A DNA stretch of 32,000 bases from Pseudoalteromonas translucida KMM 520. GTDB lineage: Bacteria; Pseudomonadota; Gammaproteobacteria; Enterobacterales; Alteromonadaceae. A program made the position numbers and the translations under genes. Position 1 is the stretch's first letter; each line of letters opens with the position of its first letter. Where the stretch lies: NCBI RefSeq assembly GCF_001465295.1, contig NZ_CP011035.1, forward strand, positions 510,001-542,000, written 5' to 3'. Shown in pieces: positions 17,196 to 25,924 of this stretch. The notes below the pieces were generated by a model. That model was not told where the DNA came from. It was given only the letters and a program-made list of their open reading frames with translations, and did not search any database.

Positions 17196-18155
17196 ATGAT
17201 AAACAACACACACACTAAACGCTCTGCGCTTACTTTATTGTGTAGCATAGCAGCCTTACCTAATATGGTATTAGCTGCTGAGTATTCTGTGTATGGTAAA
17301 GCGGAAGTACAAATAGCTAAAACCGACACAGGTGTTATGCGCTACGCCGATGAAGGCACACAAATAGACGCGCCCTTTTCACGCATAGGGATCAAAGGAC
17401 AACACACACTTAACGAGTACGTTAGCGCGGTATTTAAATACGAAGTGCAAGTAAAGGGCTTTGAACATGACGACACTAACGAGCCGTTTGCAGCGCGTAA
17501 TACTTATTTAGGTTTAAAAGGTGCATTTGGTGAAATAGTTGTTGGTAGAAACGATACCCGCTTTAAATACTCAGAAGGTAAGCTGGATAATTTTAACGAA
17601 ACACAAGCCGATATAGCACAAGTTATTGCCGGGCAAGACCGCCTTGGCGATACCATCACTTACACTTCAAACTATTGGCATAATGCTCAGTTTTCACTTA
17701 CCTATGCTCCCAAAGACGATAATAAAGATAACCAAGCGGGTTTTGCCGCTACACTTATTTACGGTGATCGTAATTTAAACAATACACCATATTATATTTC
17801 TTTAAGCCATGTTGACTCACTTAATAATATTAAAGCGAGTCGGGTTGCAGGTGTTTATAAGTTTGAGCAGTTACAGCTAGGTGCTTTGTACCAACACTCA
17901 GAGTCAATAGATGGCACTAAATCAGGTAATGGCTATGTGCTAAGTGCAAGTTATACCTTAGATAAATGGGTGCCTAAATTACAGTTTGCAAAAGATGACT
18001 CAGCACTGCGTCAAGGATCAGAAGCCACTCAGTGGAGTACAGGTTTAGACTATGTATTTGATAAACAAACCACGGCTTATCTTTTATATACAGACTTAGA
18101 CTTAGAAGAAAACGCCGATAGCAGCTTAGCACTTGGTCTTAGGTACAAATTTTAA
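17196..18155 (+). CDS. Outer-membrane porin (general Gram-negative porin family)
   Basis: The 319-aa product has a signal peptide ending in VLA followed by AEYSVYGKAEVQ. It shows an alternating beta-strand pattern and a C-terminal LGLRYKF. An AGGA RBS is present. Confidence 0.8.
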   Translation: MINNTHTKRSALTLLCSIAALPNMVLAAEYSVYGKAEVQIAKTDTGVMRYADEGTQIDAPFSRIGIKGQHTLNEYVSAVFKYEVQVKGFEHDDTNEPFAARNTYLGLKGAFGEIVVGRNDTRFKYSEGKLDNFNETQADIAQVIAGQDRLGDTITYTSNYWHNAQFSLTYAPKDDNKDNQAGFAATLIYGDRNLNNTPYYISLSHVDSLNNIKASRVAGVYKFEQLQLGALYQHSESIDGTKSGNGYVLSASYTLDKWVPKLQFAKDDSALRQGSEATQWSTGLDYVFDKQTTAYLLYTDLDLEENADSSLALGLRYKF

Positions 18156-18166
18156 GGTTTAGATAA

Positions 18167-19642
18167 ATGACACAACAAATTTTGCAAAATAACGCGCCTA
18201 AAAGCCAATTTAAGCACTGGTTTTTATTGCTACTTGGGCCAAGCATAATGCTATTAACCTGTTTACTCGATCCTCCTACGGGTATGTCTAGTGCAGCGTT
18301 TAAAACTGCTGGGTTAGCATTTTGGATGGCATCGTGGTGGGTAAGCGAAGTGGTGCCTATTCCGGCAACAGCTTTATTGCCACTTGTTATATCGCCACTG
18401 GTTGGTATAGCGGGTATGAAAAGTGTAGCTGCGCCTTATGCTCATCCATTAATATTTTTATTTTTAGGTGGTTTTTTAATTTCTATCGCAATGGAGCGCT
18501 GGGGATTACATAAACGCATAGCACTGAGCACTATGCTGTATGCAGGCACTAAGCCTAGCTTACAAATTTTAGCTATGATGCTGGTTACGGCCTTTTTATC
18601 TATGTGGATGTCAAACACAGCTACCGCAGTGATGATGTTACCAATAGCCTTGTCTATTACACATTTAGTAAAGCAGTCAGATCCTGGCAATGAAGGGTTT
18701 GGTAAAGCTTTACTACTTTCTATTGCTTATGGTGCCAGTATTGGTGGTATTGCCACATTAATCGGCACTCCGCCTAATGCATTAATGGCGGCTTATTTGT
18801 CCGATAGCTACCAAATAGAAATTGGCTTTGCACAGTGGATGCTAGTGGGTGTGCCACTGTCGGTAAGTATGTTGTTTATTAGTTGGATTTGGCTTACAAA
18901 GTTTGCATATAAAGTAGACTCAGGTATCAAAAACAATCAAAAAATAGACACTAAAACAGTTTTTACTGAGCAATTAAAAGCACTTGGTGAAATGCAACGC
19001 GCCGAAAAAGGCGTGCTATTTGTATTTGTGCTTGCTGCTGCGTGTTGGATATTTAGACCTTTACTAGGCGAGTTTAGTGGTTTGAGTATTTCAGACACCA
19101 CTATTGCGATTGCAGCGGCGCTATTATTATTTGTATTGCCTGCAAATAAAGGCACTAACGAGCGTATTTTAGATTGGGAAAGTGCTGCTAGAGTACCCTG
19201 GGGCGTATTATTATTGTTTGGTGGTGGCTTAACACTTGCCTCGCAAATAAAGTCATCGGGCTTGGCGCAATATATTGCACAAATGATCCAAGGTGCGAGT
19301 GCTATTCCTCTCGTTATGAGTATTTTAGTGGTCGTTGCATTAATTACATTTTTAACCGAGATCACCAGTAACACCGCCACCGCGGCTGGCTTTTTACCCT
19401 TACTTGGCCCCGTTGCAGAATCGATTGCAGGCTCCCCACTTGTGTGGGTTATTCCGGCGGCGATTGCCTGTAGTTGTGCGTTTATGATGCCAGTAGCCAC
19501 CCCACCAAACGCAATTGTGTTTGGCTCAGGGCAAATACAAATGCGCGACATGATACGTGCAGGCTTTGTGCTTAATATTGTGGCAATTGTTTTAATTACC
19601 TTAGTAACAATGACAATTGCAGCGCAAGTATTTGGCTTTTAA
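18167..19642 (+). CDS. DASS (SLC13) family sodium-coupled di/tricarboxylate or anion symporter
   Basis: The polytopic 491-aa product has two SNTATA hairpin-tip motifs (WMSNTATAVMMLP and EITSNTATAAGFLP) and two PPNA motifs (GTPPNAL and ATPPNAI). These are typical of VcINDY-type transporters. Confidence 0.85.
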   Translation: MTQQILQNNAPKSQFKHWFLLLLGPSIMLLTCLLDPPTGMSSAAFKTAGLAFWMASWWVSEVVPIPATALLPLVISPLVGIAGMKSVAAPYAHPLIFLFLGGFLISIAMERWGLHKRIALSTMLYAGTKPSLQILAMMLVTAFLSMWMSNTATAVMMLPIALSITHLVKQSDPGNEGFGKALLLSIAYGASIGGIATLIGTPPNALMAAYLSDSYQIEIGFAQWMLVGVPLSVSMLFISWIWLTKFAYKVDSGIKNNQKIDTKTVFTEQLKALGEMQRAEKGVLFVFVLAAACWIFRPLLGEFSGLSISDTTIAIAAALLLFVLPANKGTNERILDWESAARVPWGVLLLFGGGLTLASQIKSSGLAQYIAQMIQGASAIPLVMSILVVVALITFLTEITSNTATAAGFLPLLGPVAESIAGSPLVWVIPAAIACSCAFMMPVATPPNAIVFGSGQIQMRDMIRAGFVLNIVAIVLITLVTMTIAAQVFGF

Positions 19643-19647
19643 ATTGC

Positions 19648-19683
19648 GCAGCTATTGGCTGCTAAACAACCGCCAATAGCTGC
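19648..19683 (+). terminator. Perfect 12-bp hairpin after the symporter gene
   Basis: GCAGCTATTGGC pairs with GCCAATAGCTGC around a 12-nt loop. No T-run follows. Confidence 0.4.
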
Positions 19684-19820
19684 AATAGTTACCACTTAGT
19701 TCCAACCAAAACCAGAGTAGTTTTGTATATAGTTCAATACTATGCAAAGTTACTCTTTATTGCTCGTATTACAGAACAAGGTTATAGTCTCAAATAACTT
19801 TAAAATTTGAGTAATCTATT

Positions 19821-21242
19821 TTGACTATCGACGCACCGCAAACACCTTCGTTAACTGCACAATTTGATGAGTTACAACAGTACTTTATAAAAACTCCTTA
19901 CTTGTCGATTAATAAACGCATCACAGTGTTAAAGCAATTGCGTAGTCGCGTTGTAGAGTTTGAGCAAGAGCTGATAGACGCAGTATCAAAAGACTTTGGT
20001 TACCGCACCGCATTTGATACCTTGCTAGGCGATATATTACCCACCATGCAAGCCTTAGCACATACCATAAAAAAGCTACCAAAGTGGTCTAAGCCAAGCA
20101 AGCGCTCAGTAGGTTTAAGCTTATGGCCTTCAAAGGTGAGCGTAACATACCAACCTAAAGGCGTGGTTGGCATTATAGCGCCTTGGAATTACCCAATACA
20201 GCTTGCTATTGTGCCAGTTATTACCGCATTGGCAGCGGGTAATCGTACAATGTTAAAGCTCAGTGAGTTTACCCCCCACACCAATCAAGTGCTTGAAAAG
20301 CTATTTAGTGGTGAACTAGAGCAACATTGTAAAATAATACAAGGGGGGAGCGACGTTGCAAGTGAGTTTTCATCGCTGCCATTTGCACACCTGTTTTTTA
20401 CGGGCTCAATTGCGGTAGGTAAGTTAGTAATGGGCGCAGCAAGTGCTAATTTAACGCCAGTAACTTTAGAGCTTGGCGGTAAATCGCCTGTTATTATCAC
20501 TGAAAAAGCAGATATTAAAAAAGCGGCGCAAGCAATACTCTTTGGTAAAATGGCCAATGCTGGGCAAATTTGTGTTGCCCCCGATTATGTATTTGTACCC
20601 AAAGAGCTTGAGCATCAGTTGGTGCAACACTTGTGTGAACTATATAAAAAACACTACAAACAAGGGGTAGAAGGTAAAAATTTAACCTCTATTGTAAGCG
20701 ACGCTCACTATGCACGCTTATCAGGTTATTTAGAACAAGCACAGCAGCTAGGCGCAACCATAATTAAACCTCTTGAAGATAACCAGCAAGACCCAGATAA
20801 ACATCGAATGGGACTACATATTGTTACCCAAGTAACCGATGAAATGCAATTAATGAAAGATGAACTATTTGGCCCAATATTACCTGTAATGAGTTACACC
20901 AACTTAGAGCACGCAATTAGTTATATAAAGCAGCATCATCACCCATTAGCCTTGTATATTTTAGGGCAAAATAAGCAAATTCAAGAATATATTATAAAGC
21001 AAACACTAAGTGGTACTGTTGCGGTTAACGACACCTTAGTGCAAGTAACTGCCGATGATGCGCCGTTTGGTGGAGTGGGGCATTCTGGAATGGGGCATTA
21101 TCATGCCAATGAAGGTTTTTTAACCTTTAGCCATGCTAAAAACACGTTGGTTTCAGGATCATTTAATCCACGTATTGGCATGCTACTTAAACAAAGCAAG
21201 GTATTAATTAAGTTATTAAAGTGGCTTTATATTAAAAAGTAG
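19821..21242 (+). CDS. NAD(P)-dependent aldehyde dehydrogenase (class 3 / coniferyl-aldehyde dehydrogenase-like)
   Basis: The 473-aa product has ELGGKSP and catalytic Cys motifs (GQICVAPDY) and an EEIFGP-like segment DELFGPILP. The start is an apparent TTG with no upstream in-frame ATG, so it is uncertain. Confidence 0.8.
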   Translation: MTIDAPQTPSLTAQFDELQQYFIKTPYLSINKRITVLKQLRSRVVEFEQELIDAVSKDFGYRTAFDTLLGDILPTMQALAHTIKKLPKWSKPSKRSVGLSLWPSKVSVTYQPKGVVGIIAPWNYPIQLAIVPVITALAAGNRTMLKLSEFTPHTNQVLEKLFSGELEQHCKIIQGGSDVASEFSSLPFAHLFFTGSIAVGKLVMGAASANLTPVTLELGGKSPVIITEKADIKKAAQAILFGKMANAGQICVAPDYVFVPKELEHQLVQHLCELYKKHYKQGVEGKNLTSIVSDAHYARLSGYLEQAQQLGATIIKPLEDNQQDPDKHRMGLHIVTQVTDEMQLMKDELFGPILPVMSYTNLEHAISYIKQHHHPLALYILGQNKQIQEYIIKQTLSGTVAVNDTLVQVTADDAPFGGVGHSGMGHYHANEGFLTFSHAKNTLVSGSFNPRIGMLLKQSKVLIKLLKWLYIKK

Positions 21243-21256
21243 TGAATATAACAAAA

Positions 21257-21302
21257 AGGCTAAATTTATCTTACTGTATTAGTAGTCAGATAAGTTTAGC
21301 CT
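21257..21302. terminator. Long hairpin between convergent genes
   Basis: AGGCTAAATTTATCT pairs with AGATAAGTTTAGCCT (15 bp, one mismatch) around a 16-nt loop. Confidence 0.45.
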
Positions 21303-21359
21303 TGTAATGTAAACGCTATTTTAAAGCAATTAATTAAAACAGTTCATTAAAGCAATTTA

Positions 21360-22085
21360 TTAAAATAATCGCCCTTCACCAGCGTAAGTGCCAGCTAAAA
21401 TTCTAGCATAAATAGCGTCGGCTTTTTCTTTTGCTTCTTCAACTTCTTTGGGCAGCATTTTTTGCTCATCGAGCTTGCGACTATGGCTTGCTTGCATATT
21501 GCCGTTATACTCGGCAATGGTGTTCCAAATATATGACTTTTCTAAATTCTTAGGCATGCCTAAGCCTTCAAAGTACATTAAAGCTAAATTAAACTGCGCT
21601 AAAGTATAGTTATTGGCTGCGGCTTTTTCATACCATGTTTTTGCAAGTTCATAATCTACGCTTACGCCATCACCATTGGCATACATAACGCCTAGGTTAA
21701 ATTGTGCTGCGGGTAGGTTTTTGTTTGCCGCTTGTTCAAATAACTTTATTGCCATTTGTTTGTCGAGTTTAACCCCGTTGCCTGCATCGTATAAAACAGC
21801 GAGAGCAAACATAGAATCAGGGTGGTTTTTTACTACCCCTTGTTGGTAAAGTTGAGCAGCTTTACGGTAGTCACGCGTTACACCATATCCACCTTCATAT
21901 AATTTACCCAGCTCATAAATACCAGGGGCAAAGCCTTTATCTGCTAGGTAATTAAACTCTTTTAGTGCTTGTGCAAACTCGCCTTCATTAGCGGCTTTGA
22001 TCCCTTCCTCTAACCCAGCATGAGCGAAAGGGCTGCTAAGTAAAATGCCAGCTAGTAGTAAGGTTTTTAAATTAAACTGTGACAT
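21360..22085 (-). CDS. Secreted Sel1-like repeat (SLR/TPR) protein
   Basis: The start is ATG at 22085 with a GGAGAC RBS. The signal peptide ends in FAHA. The body has repeated ~36-aa units (A..W/LY..AA..G...AQ..LG.MY..G.GV..D). Confidence 0.8.
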   Translation of the reverse strand: MSQFNLKTLLLAGILLSSPFAHAGLEEGIKAANEGEFAQALKEFNYLADKGFAPGIYELGKLYEGGYGVTRDYRKAAQLYQQGVVKNHPDSMFALAVLYDAGNGVKLDKQMAIKLFEQAANKNLPAAQFNLGVMYANGDGVSVDYELAKTWYEKAAANNYTLAQFNLALMYFEGLGMPKNLEKSYIWNTIAEYNGNMQASHSRKLDEQKMLPKEVEEAKEKADAIYARILAGTYAGEGRLF

Positions 22086-22335
22086 AAGAATGTCTCCAAT
22101 AAGTGGTTGTTGCAATGTGTACTATTTAAACATTATTCTATTTAAAATTTTGCGCTAAATGAGGTAATGCAACGTTTAAAAATTAAGTGCAAAGTTTATT
22201 GCTTGTTATGTATTACGCTGGCCTTAGTATTAAGCACCGCATTAGTAAATACAAAGTACGTTTATTATAGCCTAAAGCCGAGCAGAGTTGCTTTAGCAGT
22301 GTAAGATACAGATATTACAAAAAATTTAAAGCAGT

Positions 22336-22513
22336 AAAAAAGCCCTTTAGGGCTTTTGGGTCATATCAACCGTCACTAATATGAAAAATGAAGATGTAGG
22401 CTAAACTTTGTTTATTACAATCCTAGCAACATAAGTATTACGTGCTTATAAAAATAACAGCATCCGTGCTGAAAGTTCATCCTTGGGCACTGAGGTCGGT
22501 ATATCTAACTTAT
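22336..22513 (-). ncRNA. Candidate ~180-nt sRNA with CsrA/RsmA-type GGA motifs (hypothetical)
   Basis: The minus-strand promoter is TTGAAT (plus 22544..22549), a 17-nt spacer, then GATAAT (plus 22521..22526). The minus-strand terminator is AAAAGCCC-UAAA-GGGCUUUU plus UU (plus 22336..22358). Three GGA motifs are present: CAAGGAUGA, AGCA-CGGA-UGCU (GGA in a hairpin loop) and CUAGGAUUG. There is no convincing ORF. Confidence 0.4.
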
Positions 22514-22595
22514 GCGAGTGATTATCAGTTAGATTTGAATTAAATTCAAATGCAAATAAAAACTATTATCAATTTTGTGTGTGCGTAGGAGAGTT

Positions 22596-23459
22596 ATGTT
22601 AATTAAAATAAATACAAAAAAAATAATACATTTAATGATAGCCGTCAGCTTTGTACTTTTAGCTAGCTGCTCTACTTCTTTTGCTTATAACAATTTACCT
22701 TGGCTGTCATCGTTTTGGGTAGATGACTACATAGACCTAAACAGTAGCCAAGCAAAACAGCTTAAAATTATAATTAAACAAACCCGTAATTGGCATCGCC
22801 AGGTAGAGCTGCCTAAGTACAAGCAAGATCTTATTAAGTTACAAAAAACATTTAATAGTGAGTTTAATATCAGCGATTTAACACAGCAGGTTACTGTCGC
22901 TAAATTGCATTGGAGCAATTTATTAATACAGGTTAAAGCGCCTTTAATCGAATTGGCTAAAACACTTAGTACTAAGCAACAACAAGAGCTTGTAACTAAC
23001 ATACAAGCTAACTTAGCTGACGAGTTAAAACAGTATCAAGAGCAAACGGCGCAACAACTAAGCGAGGAGCGCCTACAAGAGCAGCTTAATTATTATAAAG
23101 ATTGGTTAGGGAAATTAACTAAGCAGCAAACCCAGCTTATAACATTGGCTAACGAGCAGCATATTAATACCTTTGTGCTCTGGCAGCGCTATAAGCAAAA
23201 TAGGTTAAACGCACTGCAACAGGCTTTTAATTATGAATTACGTAATGTTGAGCAGTTTGATCAGCAAATGAGCATTATTATTACCGAGCGTGAATATTTT
23301 ATTAGTGAAGAATTAGCGGCCAAAAATCAAGCTAATTTAATGACTCATGTAAATTTGCTTGTTAGTTTAAATAGTACTTTATCGGATAAACAACGCCGCC
23401 ACGTAAATAAGCACTTTGCTGAGTTGATAGAGACTGTGGATGATCTTATTGCTGATTAG
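22596..23459 (+). CDS. Lipoprotein of unknown function, helical and Q-rich (possibly DUF6279-like)
   Basis: The start is ATG at 22596 after a GGAGAG RBS. The lipobox is LLASC. The family guess comes from memory of the YN.L.WL..W..DDY..L N-terminal motif. Confidence 0.6.
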   Translation: MLIKINTKKIIHLMIAVSFVLLASCSTSFAYNNLPWLSSFWVDDYIDLNSSQAKQLKIIIKQTRNWHRQVELPKYKQDLIKLQKTFNSEFNISDLTQQVTVAKLHWSNLLIQVKAPLIELAKTLSTKQQQELVTNIQANLADELKQYQEQTAQQLSEERLQEQLNYYKDWLGKLTKQQTQLITLANEQHINTFVLWQRYKQNRLNALQQAFNYELRNVEQFDQQMSIIITEREYFISEELAAKNQANLMTHVNLLVSLNSTLSDKQRRHVNKHFAELIETVDDLIAD

Positions 23460-23589
23460 GTCTTTTTTCACAGTACAGTAACGACTTTGTATATAATTAT
23501 TTACTAATATGCCTAGTATGATGGGCATGCTATTTTGTTATATTTATGTTTCACGTTAAACTGGTTTTTTATTTTATCAAGTTTCATAA

Positions 23590-24621
23590 ATGGATATAGC
23601 AGCACTTAATAGTACCAAGTCCTTAAGAAAAAATGTTCTCAAATGGGTCAGCTTATGCTTTGGTTTCTTGGCGTTGGTATTTGCAGGTTTTAATCTTGCT
23701 GTGAATAATTTAAGTGTGCTTGGTTATTTTGAAGCTGTTTTTGCGCTGTATTGTTTTTGCATTTATTTTCGTTTGGGTAAACACCCGGTGCAAGTTTGGC
23801 AGTCTGTTGTTATGTGTGCCTTTATTTCTTTTATTGTGGTTTTTGGGGCTTATATAGCCACGCTTAATAATGCGGTGTTTGTTTGGGCGTTGGTGCTGCC
23901 TACTATGTATTATTTATTGCTAGGAAAAAACTATGGATTTATTTTTTCTATGGTTTTGCTTAGCTTACAAAGTATTGTATTAATGAATAAATCCTCGTTA
24001 GCTCCTTTTACTTCTCTGAATTTATATTTAAATATATTATTTGCTTATATCATTATTTGGGCTATTTCACATACATTTGAAAGTAACCGCGCACAGTTTT
24101 CAAAAAGACTTAAAAAACTTGCCATGCTTGACCCTCTGACCGGAGCGGGTAATCGTTTGGCAATGAATCATTATTTTTCGGTTGAGTTACGTGAGCGTAC
24201 CCAGCTTTACTTGTTTTTAGTTGATCTAGATTTTTTTAAGCAAATAAATGATAAATACGGCCACGATGTGGGCGATAAAGTACTGATAGAAGTAGCCACG
24301 CTATTAAAGGTCACTTTTGCTAAAGGCTATGTTTTTAGGATCGGGGGCGAGGAGTTTGCACTTATAAGCTCGTTTAATAGTGAGCATGCAGCGCTTGCTG
24401 TTGCCGAAAAAGTAAGAGCAGCACTGGAAAATAAATACATAAACGTTGATAACTATAAAATAAACCTAACAGCAAGTATTGGCGTTGCACGTTATAAACC
24501 CCAACAATCACTCAATGAATTGCTTAAAGCAGCCGATAAACAGCTTTATAAAGCCAAAGATTTAGGGCGCAATAGCGTTTATTATCCAGCGGTTAAAAAT
24601 GACAAAATAGCGCTTATATAA
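23590..24621 (+). CDS. Membrane-anchored diguanylate cyclase (GGDEF domain)
   Basis: About 160 aa with five or six TM segments is followed by a GGDEF domain (DPLTGAGNR, DLDFFKQINDKYGH, RIGGEEF, DKQLYKAK). Confidence 0.85.
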   Translation: MDIAALNSTKSLRKNVLKWVSLCFGFLALVFAGFNLAVNNLSVLGYFEAVFALYCFCIYFRLGKHPVQVWQSVVMCAFISFIVVFGAYIATLNNAVFVWALVLPTMYYLLLGKNYGFIFSMVLLSLQSIVLMNKSSLAPFTSLNLYLNILFAYIIIWAISHTFESNRAQFSKRLKKLAMLDPLTGAGNRLAMNHYFSVELRERTQLYLFLVDLDFFKQINDKYGHDVGDKVLIEVATLLKVTFAKGYVFRIGGEEFALISSFNSEHAALAVAEKVRAALENKYINVDNYKINLTASIGVARYKPQQSLNELLKAADKQLYKAKDLGRNSVYYPAVKNDKIALI

Positions 24622-24623
24622 CG

Positions 24624-24872
24624 ATTAGGGTCTGTTGACTTTTGCGGATTAAAATTTGTTCAAACTAGGGCTATTTAATCACGTTACCTAAATCTATGTA
24701 GGCAACAAAGAGTCAATCGCCCTAGGCAGAACCCTTCGGGCAGCGCATGTTTGACATTGATGCTACGTTATCGCCTATTTATGGGGAATAACCACACCAC
24801 ACAGGCTCGGCCTTACCTAAATACCAAACACACTGCTGCAAATTCAACCTTGAAAGATAAACAGACCCTAAT
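24624..24872. mobile_element. MITE-like non-coding element, 249 bp, with 13-bp perfect terminal inverted repeats
   Basis: ATTAGGGTCTGTT (24624..24636) is the reverse complement of AACAGACCCTAAT (24860..24872). It can also be read as a GGGTCTGTT TIR with a duplicated TA on each side. It fills the whole spacer between two convergent genes. No ORF is present, and the interior has hairpins including a CC-UUCG-GG stem-loop. Confidence 0.5.
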
Positions 24873-25806
24873 ACATTTGATCAAAATTTGGGATACTGTT
24901 TTCCCAAATCGGTTTATCTTTACCTAAATACTCGCGCACAGCATCAAAAAATAGTCGCGTTCTAACCGGTAAGTCGCGGTGCGGATATAGCGCATACATA
25001 GCACTGTGGTCCATTATTTTTATATTGGTAAGTAATGGCACTAATTCACCATCAATAACTTCGTTATCGAGTAAAAATGCAGGTGCTAAAAAGTAACTGG
25101 TGCCAGAGAGTGTTTTCATTAGCAATACTTCAGCGTCGTTGGCCCGAAACACACTCCTTATTTTTTGCTCGCAAGCCTCGCCTTTATCGTTGTAGTAATT
25201 TATTGCATCCACTCTAAACGCATTACTTTTATAGCTTGCCGCCGGTAATTGAGCCAGATCGCTCATAGTTTTAGGCATGCCATAGGTTTTTACAAATTCA
25301 GGTGTTGCTAATATTAATAAGCGATTACGGGCAATTTTACGCGCAATGAGCGATGAATCTTTTGGCTCGCCAATTCTAAATGCTAAATCAAACCCTTCAG
25401 ATACTATATCGACCAAGCGGTCATCTAGGCGCAGCTCTACTTCTACTTGTGGAAAGCGTTTTTGAAAATCATTAATAACAGGTTGTAAATAACGGCGACC
25501 AATAATGGTTGACGCTGTTATTTTTAATAATCCACGCGGCTCTTGGTGGTAGTTTTCGGCCATGCGTAGGGTTTCACCTAGCAGCTCTCGAAGGTCGGCT
25601 GCTTTTTTTATCATTTCGGCGCCCGCCGCAGTAAGCGAAAAAGAACGTGTTGTTCTGTTTAACAACCTCACGCCAAGCTCATCTTCTAAACGGCTAATTT
25701 GTTTTGATATAACGGAGCGGTCAATATTACGTATTTCAGCTGCTTTGGCAAAAGAGCCTTGTTCAACCACTTCAAGTAACATTAAAAGTCGACTAGTTGT
25801 ATCCAT
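24868..25806 (-). CDS. LysR-family transcriptional regulator (MexT-like context)
   Basis: The 312-aa product has an N-terminal wHTH (FAKAAEIRNIDRSVISKQISRLEDELGVRLLNRTTR) and a LysR substrate-binding domain. It is divergent from the RND efflux operon. Confidence 0.9.
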   Translation of the reverse strand: MDTTSRLLMLLEVVEQGSFAKAAEIRNIDRSVISKQISRLEDELGVRLLNRTTRSFSLTAAGAEMIKKAADLRELLGETLRMAENYHQEPRGLLKITASTIIGRRYLQPVINDFQKRFPQVEVELRLDDRLVDIVSEGFDLAFRIGEPKDSSLIARKIARNRLLILATPEFVKTYGMPKTMSDLAQLPAASYKSNAFRVDAINYYNDKGEACEQKIRSVFRANDAEVLLMKTLSGTSYFLAPAFLLDNEVIDGELVPLLTNIKIMDHSAMYALYPHRDLPVRTRLFFDAVREYLGKDKPIWENSIPNFDQMY

Positions 25807-25830
25807 AATATTACCTAAAAGAGTTTATTG

Positions 25831-25845
25831 ATGCCATTTTGGCAT
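25831..25845. promoter_or_regulatory. LysR-type T-N11-A dyad in the divergent promoter region
   Basis: ATGCCATTTTGGCAT contains TGCCA-TTT-TGGCA, a perfect dyad of the T-N11-A form. It lies 25 bp upstream of the LysR start and ~80 bp upstream of the adaptor gene. Confidence 0.5.
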
Positions 25846-25924
25846 TAATGAATTTAGAAATCTATTGTTTTTGTCAGCACGATTGTTCCGTACCATGCAA
25901 CGCTAATTATAAAGGAGCGTCGTA

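Noticed and set aside
18937-19551. A 204-aa antisense ORF inside the DASS symporter gene. Similar antisense ORFs lie inside dnaK, dnaJ, dctB, dctD, the adaptor and the RND genes.
   Set aside because: They are fully embedded opposite strongly supported genes. They have low-complexity, Ala/Ser/Ile-rich composition, no RBS and no recognisable domains. They are typical shadow ORFs.
22300-22319. TGTAAG-N8-ATTACA, which resembles the GacA/UvrY box TGTAAG-N6-CTTACA
   Set aside because: The spacer is 8 nt, not 6, and the right half is imperfect. It also lies downstream of the candidate sRNA terminator rather than upstream of its promoter. It is probably chance in AT-rich DNA.
22415-22480. A 21-codon ORF (MNFQHGCCYFYKHVILMLLGL) inside the candidate sRNA; possible small toxin or leader peptide
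   Set aside because: The only Shine-Dalgarno-like AAGGA overlaps the ATG itself, so there is no spacing. I have no supporting evidence of conservation. It is better explained as a chance ORF spanning the GGA motifs.
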